A DNA stretch of 64,000 nt from an uncultured Lachnospiraceae bacterium (GTDB taxonomy: Bacteria; Bacillota; Clostridia; Lachnospirales; Lachnospiraceae). This document shows, one piece after another, positions 36,519-46,082 of the stretch. The notes under the pieces were generated by a model. The model saw only the letters and a program-made list of their open reading frames with translations, was not told the DNA's origin and ran no database searches. Position numbers and translations under genes: made by a program. The DNA lies in NCBI GenBank assembly GCA_964393865.1, contig CAYMUW010000012.1, positions 1,392 through 65,391 of the forward strand, given 5' to 3'. Each line of letters begins with the position of its first letter. Within the stretch, counting starts at the first letter, position 1.

Positions 36519-37628
36519 ATGGCAAGTTTATCTTTAAAAAATATCTGCAAGGTATATCCTAACGGATTTGAAGCAGTAAAGAATTTCAATCTTGAAATTC
36601 AGGATCAGGAGTTTATCATCTTCGTAGGTCCTTCCGGATGTGGTAAGTCTACAACCCTTCGTATGATCGCAGGTCTGGAGGATATTTCTTCCGGTGAATT
36701 GATGATTGGCGATAGAGTAGTTAATGATGTAGAACCTAAGGACAGAGATATCGCGATGGTATTCCAGAACTACGCTCTGTATCCTCATATGTCAGTATAT
36801 GATAACATGGCTTTCGGTCTTAAGTTAAGAAAAGTACCGAAGGATGAAATTGATAAGATGGTTAAGGAAGCAGCTAAGATCCTTGATCTGACAGCTCTTC
36901 TTGATCGTAAGCCCAAGGCTTTGTCAGGTGGTCAGAGACAGCGTGTTGCTATGGGTCGTGCAATCGTTCGTAATCCTAAGGTATTCCTTATGGATGAGCC
37001 TCTTTCAAACTTGGATGCTAAGCTCCGTGTACAGATGCGTGTTGAGATTTCCAAGCTGCATCAGAGACTGGGTACAACCATCATCTATGTAACACATGAC
37101 CAGACAGAGGCTATGACATTAGGTGACAGAATCGTTGTTATGAAGGACGGTGTTATTCAGCAGGTAGATACACCTCAGAACCTGTATGAGAAGCCCTGCA
37201 ACCTGTTCGTAGCAGGATTCATGGGATCACCTCAGATGAACTTCCTTGATGCAGTTGTTGAAGTAAGCGGTGAGACAGCAAGCCTGAAGATTGCCGGAAA
37301 CAGCATTCCTCTTCCTCCTGCTAAGTCCAAGAAGCTTATTGATGGCGGTTACGACGGAAAGACAGTTACATTCGGTATTCGTCCTGAAGATGTATATGAT
37401 TCAGAAATGTTTATCGAGACATCCAAGTGTGTATTCGAGTCAACCATTAAGGTTTACGAATTACTTGGTGCAGAAGTTTACTTATACTTTGATCTGGCTG
37501 AGTTCCCGATTACAGCAAGAGTTGACTCTCGTACAACAGCAAGACCTGGCGATACAGTTAAGTTTGCATTTGATGTTGAGAAGATTCACGTATTTGATAA
37601 GGAAACAGAGCAGACTATTACAAACTAG
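36519..37628 (+). CDS. msmX: sugar ABC transporter ATP-binding protein (MsmX/MalK/UgpC type), stand-alone
   Basis: Walker A GPSGCGKST, signature LSGGQRQR, Walker B FLMDEPLSNLD, C-terminal TOBE-like region. RBS AAGGAGG. Confidence 0.9.
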   Translation: MASLSLKNICKVYPNGFEAVKNFNLEIQDQEFIIFVGPSGCGKSTTLRMIAGLEDISSGELMIGDRVVNDVEPKDRDIAMVFQNYALYPHMSVYDNMAFGLKLRKVPKDEIDKMVKEAAKILDLTALLDRKPKALSGGQRQRVAMGRAIVRNPKVFLMDEPLSNLDAKLRVQMRVEISKLHQRLGTTIIYVTHDQTEAMTLGDRIVVMKDGVIQQVDTPQNLYEKPCNLFVAGFMGSPQMNFLDAVVEVSGETASLKIAGNSIPLPPAKSKKLIDGGYDGKTVTFGIRPEDVYDSEMFIETSKCVFESTIKVYELLGAEVYLYFDLAEFPITARVDSRTTARPGDTVKFAFDVEKIHVFDKETEQTITN

Positions 37629-37643
37629 TTTAAAGATTGATGA

Positions 37644-37668
37644 GGGGATGCGGATGCATCCCCTTTTT
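37644..37668 (+). terminator. rho-independent terminator after msmX
   Basis: GGGGATGC-ggat-GCATCCCC followed by TTTTT. Confidence 0.8.
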
Positions 37669-37901
37669 GATTCATAGGAAAGACCTTGATGCAATAATGT
37701 GTGAAAGTAATTACCTTTCCTATGAAATAAAAAGCACTCCGTGCAGGATGCGCACGCCAAATCAGCGGTGGATGTTGCTGATGCAACGCTTTGGTGGCGC
37801 GAGAGTTCGCAAACGAACTCTTTGATTTGTAATAGGAAAAAACATGCATAAGAATAAATTTTTTGGTATAATATTCGTGTACTTCGAAAGGACGTGAAAG
37901 A

Positions 37902-38987
37902 ATGATATCTACGCAGGTTTTGACAAATTGTATTGAAGATCTACGAGCTATAACCAGGGTTAATTTGGCTGTTTTTGATTTGGACGGTGCAGAAGTGGCA
38001 TCTACCTTTGAATGCAAAGAGCTTTCGGGTGGACTTGTTAAAGCTTTTGCTGAGTCACCGGCAGACAGCCAGGTAATCGGCACCGATCATCTGCTGAAAA
38101 TCGTAGATGAGGGGGAGTTTGTATATATTTTAGTTGCAAGAGGCTCCGGTGATGATGCATATATGGTAGGCAGAATTGCGGCCAGCCAGATACAGCAGCT
38201 GTTGACTGCATATAAGGAACGCTTCGACCGCAATAATTTCTTCCAAAATCTGCTGATGGATAATCTTTTGCTGGTAGATGTATATAATCGTGCCAAAAAG
38301 CTGCATCTGGAAGTTATGGTTCCAAGAGTGGTTTATATAATAGAAACACAGTCTGAGAAGGACAGTACCGCAGCGGAACTGTTAAAGAGCATGTTCTCAT
38401 CTCAGTCAGGTGATTTTGTTACGGCGGTGGATGAAAATAACGTTATTCTGATTAAGTCACTGAATCCTGATGACGGGAATGAGCAGATGGAACAGACTGC
38501 ACAGACCATTGTTGATATGATGAGTACGGAAGCTATGCTGAATGTAAGGGTTGCTTATGGAACGATTGTTCAGGAACTGAAGGATGTGTCTAAGTCTTAC
38601 AAGGAAGCCATGATGGCGCTTGATGTGGGAAAGATTTTTTATGTGGAAAAGAAGGTCAATGCATATGGCAGCCTGGGCATCGGACGACTGATTTATCAGC
38701 TCCCGGTTAATCTCTGCCGGATTTTTATCAGTGAGATATTTGGGGACAATGATCCCGGTGAATTCGATGAGGAAATTGTCACTACCGTAAATAAATTCTT
38801 TGACAATAACCTGAATGTGTCGGAGACCTCGAGACAGCTTTTTGTTCACAGAAATACACTGGTATATCGAATTGAGAAGCTGGAAAAGAGTACCGGACTT
38901 GATGTTCGTACCTTTGATGACGCATTAACCTTTAAGATTGCCATGATGGTATATAATTATATGAAATATTTGGATCATAACAATTAA
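37902..38987 (+). CDS. PucR/CdaR-family transcriptional regulator
   Basis: C-terminal PucR HTH: NLNVSETSRQLFVHRNTLVYRIEKLEKSTGLD. Extended -10 TGgTATAAT at 37864-37872. Confidence 0.8.
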   Translation: MISTQVLTNCIEDLRAITRVNLAVFDLDGAEVASTFECKELSGGLVKAFAESPADSQVIGTDHLLKIVDEGEFVYILVARGSGDDAYMVGRIAASQIQQLLTAYKERFDRNNFFQNLLMDNLLLVDVYNRAKKLHLEVMVPRVVYIIETQSEKDSTAAELLKSMFSSQSGDFVTAVDENNVILIKSLNPDDGNEQMEQTAQTIVDMMSTEAMLNVRVAYGTIVQELKDVSKSYKEAMMALDVGKIFYVEKKVNAYGSLGIGRLIYQLPVNLCRIFISEIFGDNDPGEFDEEIVTTVNKFFDNNLNVSETSRQLFVHRNTLVYRIEKLEKSTGLDVRTFDDALTFKIAMMVYNYMKYLDHNN

Positions 38988-39063
38988 GCATTGTTTTTGC
39001 ATTGTTTAAAGTACTAAGCAGCCTTATTCCCGAATACAATAGAATTGTCAGGGGGGAATCAGG

Positions 39064-39858
39064 TTGCTTTTGTATGAGAAGAAAATTTTGTATTTGACAC
39101 TGTATCGGAGCGGGAACAGGGAATGCGGAGGCGGCTTTGTCAAATTTATTGAGAAAGCAGGCGGGCTTCGTATGGATATACAGATAAAAAAAGATTGCTG
39201 CAGAGAGGAAGGAAGATATCTTCTCTGTTTTCTTGCCGGGGAAAATCTGCTGTCTTTAGGGGAATTATCGGTACAAGCCGGTGGGATTAGTGCCAGCCGC
39301 TACTTTAAAACGGATGAGGAGAAAGTATATATTCAGGGAAGGGCTTACGAGAAAAAGGACATTTACGGAGTGAAGATTGAAGTCAGTGAGGAATGCTGTC
39401 TTGCCGGTTATTGGAAGAAAAAATCGGAACCAAAGCAGGAGGAGCGGCCTTTGGTAACGGCGGCTGAAATGGAGGAGGAGAAATTCACTGAGATATGCAC
39501 CTTTGATAATAAATGGGAACAGCTTTTGCATGATTATCCTCAGATACATCCCTTTGGGGATGAAAGAACCTTTATTTCCATTGAGCCCCGGGATTTTATT
39601 GTTCTTAGCGCTTCTTATCAGAAGCTTGTCAATAACAGCTTTTTGCTGCACGGGTTTTACAATTACCGTTATTTGATCTTAGGGCCTGACAGGGAATTGG
39701 GGGACGATAGCGGGGAATGCTTTTATCTGGGAGTTCCCGGTACCTTTTTTGAGAGGGAGAAGATGGTAGCGGTGATGTTTGGTTTTGAGGGATTTGAGTG
39801 TGACGGGCCTGTAGAGGTAGGGAGATTTGGATATTATTTGCGAAGAGTTGAGCTGTAG
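39064..39858 (+). CDS. conserved hypothetical protein (possibly DUF6128-like)
   Basis: Long ORF with a TTG start. The N-terminal pattern Y..Y..G....GGGFVK.E resembles a Lachnospiraceae hypothetical family as I recall it. No catalytic motif is seen. Confidence 0.5.
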   Translation: MLLYEKKILYLTLYRSGNRECGGGFVKFIEKAGGLRMDIQIKKDCCREEGRYLLCFLAGENLLSLGELSVQAGGISASRYFKTDEEKVYIQGRAYEKKDIYGVKIEVSEECCLAGYWKKKSEPKQEERPLVTAAEMEEEKFTEICTFDNKWEQLLHDYPQIHPFGDERTFISIEPRDFIVLSASYQKLVNNSFLLHGFYNYRYLILGPDRELGDDSGECFYLGVPGTFFEREKMVAVMFGFEGFECDGPVEVGRFGYYLRRVEL

Positions 39859-39920
39859 GCTTGCGATATGTTTTTCAAAAGGTTATAATGTTGGCAAGGG
39901 GATAGGAAGGACTACACAGG

Positions 39921-41852
39921 ATGAAAATAGCGGTATTGATGGCTGGAATACGTTTTGACAGTCAGCGAAGAATTATTAATGGAATAATGGAAAAGGCTGT
40001 TTTGGACGGAACAGATATTTACATATTTACCTGTGACGCGTGGACATACTCTACATCCTATTACAACAAAGGCGAAGCGGCAATTTTAAAGCTGCCTGAT
40101 TTTCAGGATTACGACGGAATCATCCTGCATGGAGATACCATTAATGACAAGGATATCATGAAGTGTGTGGTCAGTGCTATTCAGCGTTCAGGCGTACCTT
40201 GTGTTAGTTTAAATCTTAGATTTGGCGGGATGCATTATATAGGCATGGAAAATGCCAATGGTATTACCAAGATTGTTAATCATCTAATTAAGGAGCATGG
40301 GGCAAGGAGACTTGCATTTATTTCAGGGCCCAAGGAAAATGTGGATGCTACCGGGCGACTGAAGGCATTCAGGCAGGCCATGGCGGATAATGACATGACT
40401 GTCTACAAGGAGCGGATATATTATGGGGATTATCACCCGGAAAGCGGGAAGGATGCAATCGCCTATTTTAGTGAGTCCCAGCTGGAATTTCCGGATGCGG
40501 TGATAGCGGCCAACGATGAGATGGCGCTTGGCGCTTTTTATGAGCTTTTGCAGAGAGGCTATGAGGTTCCCGGGGATGTGCTTCTTACCGGCTATGACCA
40601 TGCGTTTTCGGGAAAGCATCATTATCCGAAGATTACCAGCGTGAAACGCCCGGAGCTTGAGCTGGGCAGGCGTGCTTATGCGATGCTGATGGATTGCATA
40701 GATGGCAAAGAGCCTGAGGAAGAGGAACTTTTATGTACACCGGTGTTTACGGAAAGCTGCGGCTGTGAGGATAAGATTGGAGAGGACAGTACCAGTATCA
40801 GAAAGCGTTATGTGAAAGAAAAGCTTCATGTTACCACCTATTCTGAAATTATTAAATCATCTTCGGCGGATTTCACCGGAGCAATGACTTATGAAAATAT
40901 TTTGGACAAGATTCGTAAGTATGTGAAGATGATGGAGATTGAGGAATTTTATCTTTGCATGTGTGTCAGGGAGGAGTCCTTTGGGGGAGAAGTGATGTCC
41001 AGGATTAACACGGAGGGCAATATGCCGGACATTACCTCTTATTCTTCGGAAATCACGCTCCCGATTGTATACAGAAACGGAGTATTTTCCCAGCATGGCA
41101 GATTTAGTTCCAGAGAGCTTCTTCCTAAGGAATACACGGAGGGTAAAGAGGGAAGCTTTTATACAATCATTCCCGTACATTATCAGGAAAGATGTTACGG
41201 ATACTGTGTTTTGGGCAACAGCAGATTGATGATGGACAGTGAATTGTTTCATATGTTTATCATGAATATTAATAATGCTCTTGAAAATATCAGAAAGCAA
41301 AATATGCTGAATTCCATGATAGAGTGTCTGAACAGAATGTGGGTGTATGATAAGCTGACCGGTATTTTTAACAGAGCCGGTTTCTTTAAATTTGCGCCTA
41401 ATATTATTAATGAGGCCAGACGAAAAGGGAATGACTTATTTGTATTTTTCCTGGATTTGGATGGACTTAAGTCCATAAACGACAAATACGGACATGACGA
41501 GGGGGATGCGTTCATTAAGGCAATGGCCAATGTGCTGAGCAAGGTTCACCGTCATGGGGAGCTTTTGATGCGTTACGGCGGTGATGAATTTGTGGTTCTC
41601 TCTCAGGGTTTTACTCATGAGGATGCCGAAAACTATATGGATCAGGTTAAGATTGGAATTGATCAATACAATGCATCATCCAATCACCCTTATATATTGG
41701 AGGCAAGTATGGGCTACTCCATCATGGCTCCTGAAGAAAATCTGGATTTGGAAGCATTTATCGAGACGGCCGATCAGGAGATGTATAAGTCCAAAAATGA
41801 GAAGAAAAGAAAACGTGAAGCGGCAGAAAAAGAGGAGAAGAATAAGAATTAA
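39921..41852 (+). CDS. cytoplasmic LacI-type sugar-binding domain fused to a GGDEF diguanylate cyclase
   Basis: No signal peptide or TM segment. Periplasmic-binding-fold pattern RRLAFISGPKENVDATGRLKAFRQAM..ANDEMALGA. C-terminal RYGGDEF. Confidence 0.85.
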   Translation: MKIAVLMAGIRFDSQRRIINGIMEKAVLDGTDIYIFTCDAWTYSTSYYNKGEAAILKLPDFQDYDGIILHGDTINDKDIMKCVVSAIQRSGVPCVSLNLRFGGMHYIGMENANGITKIVNHLIKEHGARRLAFISGPKENVDATGRLKAFRQAMADNDMTVYKERIYYGDYHPESGKDAIAYFSESQLEFPDAVIAANDEMALGAFYELLQRGYEVPGDVLLTGYDHAFSGKHHYPKITSVKRPELELGRRAYAMLMDCIDGKEPEEEELLCTPVFTESCGCEDKIGEDSTSIRKRYVKEKLHVTTYSEIIKSSSADFTGAMTYENILDKIRKYVKMMEIEEFYLCMCVREESFGGEVMSRINTEGNMPDITSYSSEITLPIVYRNGVFSQHGRFSSRELLPKEYTEGKEGSFYTIIPVHYQERCYGYCVLGNSRLMMDSELFHMFIMNINNALENIRKQNMLNSMIECLNRMWVYDKLTGIFNRAGFFKFAPNIINEARRKGNDLFVFFLDLDGLKSINDKYGHDEGDAFIKAMANVLSKVHRHGELLMRYGGDEFVVLSQGFTHEDAENYMDQVKIGIDQYNASSNHPYILEASMGYSIMAPEENLDLEAFIETADQEMYKSKNEKKRKREAAEKEEKNKN

Positions 41853-41854
41853 AC

Positions 41855-42100
41855 CCTGCTCTTCATCCTCAGGGAAACTGCCATGCGTTACCTGTACAGC
41901 CAGCTAAGATCAGGCGCCCTTACGGCACATGGAAAATTCCGCTTAGTGCTGCTTTGTTCCCAACCTGACACGGTTCGCGGGTTTCCATTGCGTAAGACCC
42001 AATCGTCAAGCGCCGCTTATACAGGGCAGCCATGACAGCTTCCCTGAATACAAAGCTGCACGGTTTATCTTGAAATATGACAGCATATGCTGCGCACATC
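41855..42100 (-). ncRNA. ffs: signal recognition particle RNA, large Bacillus-type (scRNA) with Alu-like domain; ends approximate
   Basis: The minus strand reads CTTGACGATTGGGTCTTACGCAATGGAAACCCGCGAACCGTGTCAGGTTGGGAACAAAGCAGCACTAAGCGG..CATGTGCCGTAAGGGCGCCTG. This is collinear with B. subtilis scRNA as I recall it (GTTGACGTTTGGGTCCTGCGCAATGGGAATTCATGAACCATGTCAGGTCCGGAAGGAAGCAGCATTAAGTG..CATGTGCCGCAGGGTTGCCTG). Confidence 0.85.
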
Positions 42101-42107
42101 TTCTTGT

Positions 42108-42136
42108 AGTATAGGGGCTTTTGAATGGTTTGTCAA
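42108..42136 (-). promoter_or_regulatory. near-consensus sigma-A promoter for the SRP RNA
   Basis: Minus strand: TTGACA, 17 nt, TATACT. Confidence 0.6.
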
Positions 42137-42163
42137 CCAAAAAGGCTGAACTGATCTATTGAT

Positions 42164-42895
42164 ATGGGAGGAAAGAATTTGCTGATAGTCGGATTAAATA
42201 AGACCACGCTGCTTGATTATCCGGGGCGTGTTGCCGCTACCGTTTTTATGGGCGGCTGTAATTTCAGGTGTCCTTTTTGTTATAACAGGGAATTGGTTCT
42301 TGAGCCAACAGCCGGAGCTTCCTACTCGGAGGAGGAGGTTCTGGCTTTTTTAAAAAAAAGAAAAAATATCTTAAAGGGTGTATGCATCACCGGAGGAGAG
42401 CCTGTGCTGCATGCTGATCTTCCTGATTTTATCAGCAGAATCAGGCAGCTTGGGTATCCGGTCAAGCTGGATACCAATGGTTATAAGCCGGAGATTTTAA
42501 AAAAGCTTTTGGACGGGAAATGCCTTGATTATGTGGCGATGGATATCAAAAACTGCCCGGAAAAATATGCTCTTACGGCAGGAATGGATGATGAGGGACA
42601 CAGGTTTGATTTGGGGAAGATCAGGGAATCGGTTTCCATGCTGATCGATGGAGATGTTGACAGCGAATTTCGTACTACAGTGGTGAAGGAGCTTCACACG
42701 GTAGAGGATATGGTCAAAATAGGGGAATGGATTCAGGGATGCTCGAAATACTATTTGCAGAGGTTTACAGATAGCGGAAGTACCATTTGTGAGGGATATC
42801 ATGAACCGGATGTGGAGACTATGAAAGAAATGGTACAGGCCATAGAAGGAATACCGGAGATGGAAGGAAAGGTATTTTTGCGGGGCGTGGATTGA
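42164..42895 (+). CDS. nrdG: anaerobic ribonucleoside-triphosphate reductase activating protein-like radical SAM enzyme
   Basis: LLDYPGRVAATVFMGGCNFRCPFCYN (CxxxCxxC) and GVCITGGEP. No nrdD is adjacent. Confidence 0.8.
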   Translation: MGGKNLLIVGLNKTTLLDYPGRVAATVFMGGCNFRCPFCYNRELVLEPTAGASYSEEEVLAFLKKRKNILKGVCITGGEPVLHADLPDFISRIRQLGYPVKLDTNGYKPEILKKLLDGKCLDYVAMDIKNCPEKYALTAGMDDEGHRFDLGKIRESVSMLIDGDVDSEFRTTVVKELHTVEDMVKIGEWIQGCSKYYLQRFTDSGSTICEGYHEPDVETMKEMVQAIEGIPEMEGKVFLRGVD

Positions 42896-42926
42896 CTGCC
42901 TGAGGCGGTGAAAGGAAATACGTGCT

Positions 42927-43430
42927 ATGACAGAGTGTGAGAAGTACATGAAGGAAGCAATCAGGCAGGCTAAGAAAGCCTATGCTCTGGGGGAAGTGCC
43001 TATTGGCTGCGTGATTGTATATGAGGGAAAAATTATAGGGCGGGGTTATAACCGAAGGAATACAGATAAAAATACATTGGCGCATGCAGAGATTACGGCC
43101 ATCAATAAGGCCAGCAAAAAAATCGGTGACTGGCGGTTGGAGGGATGTACCCTGTATGTGACGCTGGAGCCCTGTCAGATGTGTGCCGGCGCTATTGTGC
43201 AGGCCAGAATTGACGAGGTGGTAATGGGCAGCATGAATCCCAAGGCAGGCTGCGGCGGTTCCATTCTGAATATTTTGGAAATGCCGGAGTTTAATCATCA
43301 GGTGAAGGTGACAAGAGGCGTGCTTGAGGAGGAGTGTACACAGCTGCTGACCCGGTTTTTTAAGGAGCTGCGGGTCAGGAACAAGCTGGAAAAGGAAGAG
43401 CGAAGGCTAAGAGCAGAGGGTGAACTGTAA
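42927..43430 (+). CDS. tadA: tRNA adenosine(34) deaminase
   Basis: HAEITAI and LEPCQMCAGA zinc motifs; typical length. Confidence 0.92.
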   Translation: MTECEKYMKEAIRQAKKAYALGEVPIGCVIVYEGKIIGRGYNRRNTDKNTLAHAEITAINKASKKIGDWRLEGCTLYVTLEPCQMCAGAIVQARIDEVVMGSMNPKAGCGGSILNILEMPEFNHQVKVTRGVLEEECTQLLTRFFKELRVRNKLEKEERRLRAEGEL

Positions 43431-43523
43431 ATAGGACAAATTTTTTATTGTATCTGGCAAAAAATTATGCTATACTACAATTGTTCTATTTAGAAATATT
43501 CTAATAAGAACGGAGAAGAAAAA

Positions 43524-43964
43524 TTGGAAACAAAGGGCGGTTTTTACATCACACAGATTAAGCAGCTTCAGGATCGTATTTTTGAAAAAATGCTGTTGGA
43601 GAATGGAATAGAAATCAGCGGCGGACAGGGAAGGATTTTATTTGTATTGTGGAAAAAGGATCATCTTACAATCAGTGAAATCAGCAGGGAGACCTCCCTT
43701 GCTAAAAATACGGTGTCCATAGTAGTGGACGGAATGGTGAATAAGGGAATTTTGGACAGGCGTATTAACCCTGAAAACAGGCGTCAGACGATTATATCCC
43801 TTACAGAGTATGCCAAATCCATGCAGAGCCGGTATGAGGCTGTCTCACAGCAGATGAATGTTCTTTTCTATGAGGGATTTACGCAGGAAGAGCAGAAGGT
43901 TTTTGACGATTATCTGGAAAGAGTGCGGAATACGCTGCTGAGGGCTGAGGATGAGAGGAAGTAA
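43524..43964 (+). CDS. MarR-family transcriptional regulator
   Basis: Winged-helix pattern LTISEISRETSLAKNTVSIVVDGMVNKGILDRRINPENRRQ. TTG start after GGAG. Confidence 0.85.
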   Translation: METKGGFYITQIKQLQDRIFEKMLLENGIEISGGQGRILFVLWKKDHLTISEISRETSLAKNTVSIVVDGMVNKGILDRRINPENRRQTIISLTEYAKSMQSRYEAVSQQMNVLFYEGFTQEEQKVFDDYLERVRNTLLRAEDERK

Positions 43965-44117
43965 AAGCTAAGCCGTGCACAGGAGATACCATGTATTACA
44001 GGGAAGGCGTAACAGATCCGGATTATTGTGTATTAAAATTCACAGCATTAAAGGGAAGACACTATTGCAGCTTAAAAACGGAAAGCTTTGCTATGGAAGA
44101 ACTGGAGGGGTAAGGCC

Positions 44118-44684
44118 ATGAAAGAGGTTAAAAGAAAATCAATGGGAAGCGAGCATTCATTATGCGTACAGCCGACATTTTTAATCGGTACATATGATGA
44201 AAGCGGTATAGCAAATTTTACCCCCATAACCTGGGTGAGTGTCACTTGTCAGGAGGAAGGGCATTATTTGCTTGTGATCAGTATGTATGGTTCCAAAAAG
44301 ACGAAGGATAATATCGGTAAAACCAGGAAATTATCAGTTAATCTTGTCAGCACTGACATGCTGCAGCTGGTAGATTATTTCGGAAGCGTTTCGGGAAGAG
44401 GCGGAGAAAAGGACGGTGTGGATTACGGGTACAGTGAAGGCGAGGTTGTGTCGGTTCCTGCGTTGAATGAGAGTAAATGGGTATATGAGTGTGAAGTGGT
44501 AAAAATAGTTCAGACCGGGGAATCGGATACATACTTTTGCGATATTAAGAATGTGCAGGTGGATGCGGGTATTGATATTTCAAAAGGGCTGGATTTAACC
44601 CAATTTGATCCGGTAGTATACTCGGGACACTATCATTCTGTGGGAAAGCATTTAGGGAAAATCGGTGATTTTTTACACCGATGA
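44118..44684 (+). CDS. flavin reductase-like domain protein
   Basis: TFLIGTYDESGIANFTPITWVS is typical of the flavin reductase-like FMN-binding fold. The ATG at 44118 follows GGAGGGG. Confidence 0.7.
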   Translation: MKEVKRKSMGSEHSLCVQPTFLIGTYDESGIANFTPITWVSVTCQEEGHYLLVISMYGSKKTKDNIGKTRKLSVNLVSTDMLQLVDYFGSVSGRGGEKDGVDYGYSEGEVVSVPALNESKWVYECEVVKIVQTGESDTYFCDIKNVQVDAGIDISKGLDLTQFDPVVYSGHYHSVGKHLGKIGDFLHR

Positions 44685-46082
44685 TCCCTCATCAACAATA
44701 TTTTGCAGCCACACGCCGCTTTTTACCATGAAAGATCCAATCGTTACCTTTATGATTTCCGTGAATTGAACAAGAAAAAATACGGTAATGATAGGCAGCG
44801 AAGTATGGTTGGCAAGGATATAGGCAAATGGGATCATTACGACCCATGTATATACGCTGTCAAATATAAAGGTAATGCCGGTTTTGCCGCCGGAACGCAG
44901 GGTGAAATAGGAGCAGTGTGAAAAAGCACACAGCGGCATAACAAGCGCCGAAATTAAGATAAAAGTCCGGGCAAGCTCCTTGATACTTTCCTCCGTATTG
45001 TAGATAGAAGGAAAGAACCTTCCGACTACCACCATAATGGCGGAAACAACAGCGCAGCAGCCTACGCTGAGAAAGATCATCTTGTTATCAGCGTCTCTTG
45101 CTTCTTCAAGCTTGCCTGCCCCAAGACGCTGTCCAACCACGATTGAGATACAGCTTCCCAGCTGGATATAAACGATGTTGAACAGGTTGGTAATGGTAGA
45201 GGAAATATTTTGCGCAGCCACCACCTCAAGGCCCCGTACGGCATAGCACTGGACGATCACAGCCATGCCGGAAGCCCAAAGCATCTCATTCAACATCAGA
45301 GGAGTTCCCTTGATAAAAATTCCCTTGAAAATATTTCCAGGTATACGGAAGCTTTTGAAGGCCCCTACAATGTAGGGGTTTTTGTCTGCATGCATGTGAG
45401 TCCATGCCACTACGATAATACATTCCACAAAACGGGCAATTACCGTAGCAATAGCAGCGCCGGAAACGCCCATGGCGGGTATAACGCCTACAATACCGAA
45501 AATCAGTATATAATCCAAAATAAGATTGGTAATTACGGCAACAATACCTGCCAGCATGGGAACAAAGGTCTGACCGGTTTCACGGATGGAACTGATGTAG
45601 GTCTGGCTTAAGGCAAAGGGAATAAGTCCTGCCATCATGATGGCAAGATATTCTTTACCATATTTCAGGGCAAGGGTAATATCGCCTACACTTCCGCTGT
45701 CGCTTAAGTACAGGGAGATCAGCTGAGTGCTGCAAAAACCGAACAGGCACAGTGCCAGTCCTGCAATCAGCGCACTGGCGTACAGCTTAAAGCGGAAGGC
45801 ATATTTCTGTCCTTCGTAGTCCTTTTTTCCGAAAAATTGAGTGCCGAAAATTCCGGCGCCGGAAACGCCGCCGAAGATGCAGATATTAAAAACAAACATC
45901 AGCTGGTTGACAATAGCAACGCCTGACATTTGTTCCGTACCAATCTGCCCCACCATAATGTTATCCAGAAAGCTGACAAAGCTTGTGATGGCATTTTGAA
46001 CAATCATGGGAACAGCCAGATAAAGCACATATTTATAAAATTGTTTGTCTCCAATGAATTTGGATTTAAAAGTTTTCCACAT
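44673..46082 (-). CDS. MATE-family efflux transporter
   Basis: 12-TM profile. N-terminal pattern LAVPMIVQNAITSFVSFLDNIMVGQIG. Confidence 0.9.
   Translation of the reverse strand: MWKTFKSKFIGDKQFYKYVLYLAVPMIVQNAITSFVSFLDNIMVGQIGTEQMSGVAIVNQLMFVFNICIFGGVSGAGIFGTQFFGKKDYEGQKYAFRFKLYASALIAGLALCLFGFCSTQLISLYLSDSGSVGDITLALKYGKEYLAIMMAGLIPFALSQTYISSIRETGQTFVPMLAGIVAVITNLILDYILIFGIVGVIPAMGVSGAAIATVIARFVECIIVVAWTHMHADKNPYIVGAFKSFRIPGNIFKGIFIKGTPLMLNEMLWASGMAVIVQCYAVRGLEVVAAQNISSTITNLFNIVYIQLGSCISIVVGQRLGAGKLEEARDADNKMIFLSVGCCAVVSAIMVVVGRFFPSIYNTEESIKELARTFILISALVMPLCAFSHCSYFTLRSGGKTGITFIFDSVYTWVVMIPFAYILANHTSLPIITVFFLVQFTEIIKVTIGSFMVKSGVWLQNIVDEGSSV

Noticed and set aside
36331-36537. 68-aa ORF just upstream of msmX
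   Set aside because: AT-rich promoter/leader region with a lysine/arginine-rich low-complexity product. It ends inside the msmX RBS/start region.
41581-41907. 108-aa + ORF spanning the end of the GGDEF gene and the SRP RNA
   Set aside because: It is an alternative frame of a well-supported gene and then runs antisense through the SRP RNA. The product is Arg/Lys-rich.
43991-44110. 39-aa ORF (MYYREGVTDPDYCVLKFTALKGRHYCS..) between marR and the flavin reductase
   Set aside because: It could be the C-terminal stub of an FMN-binding split-barrel protein, but it is too short to support from sequence alone.
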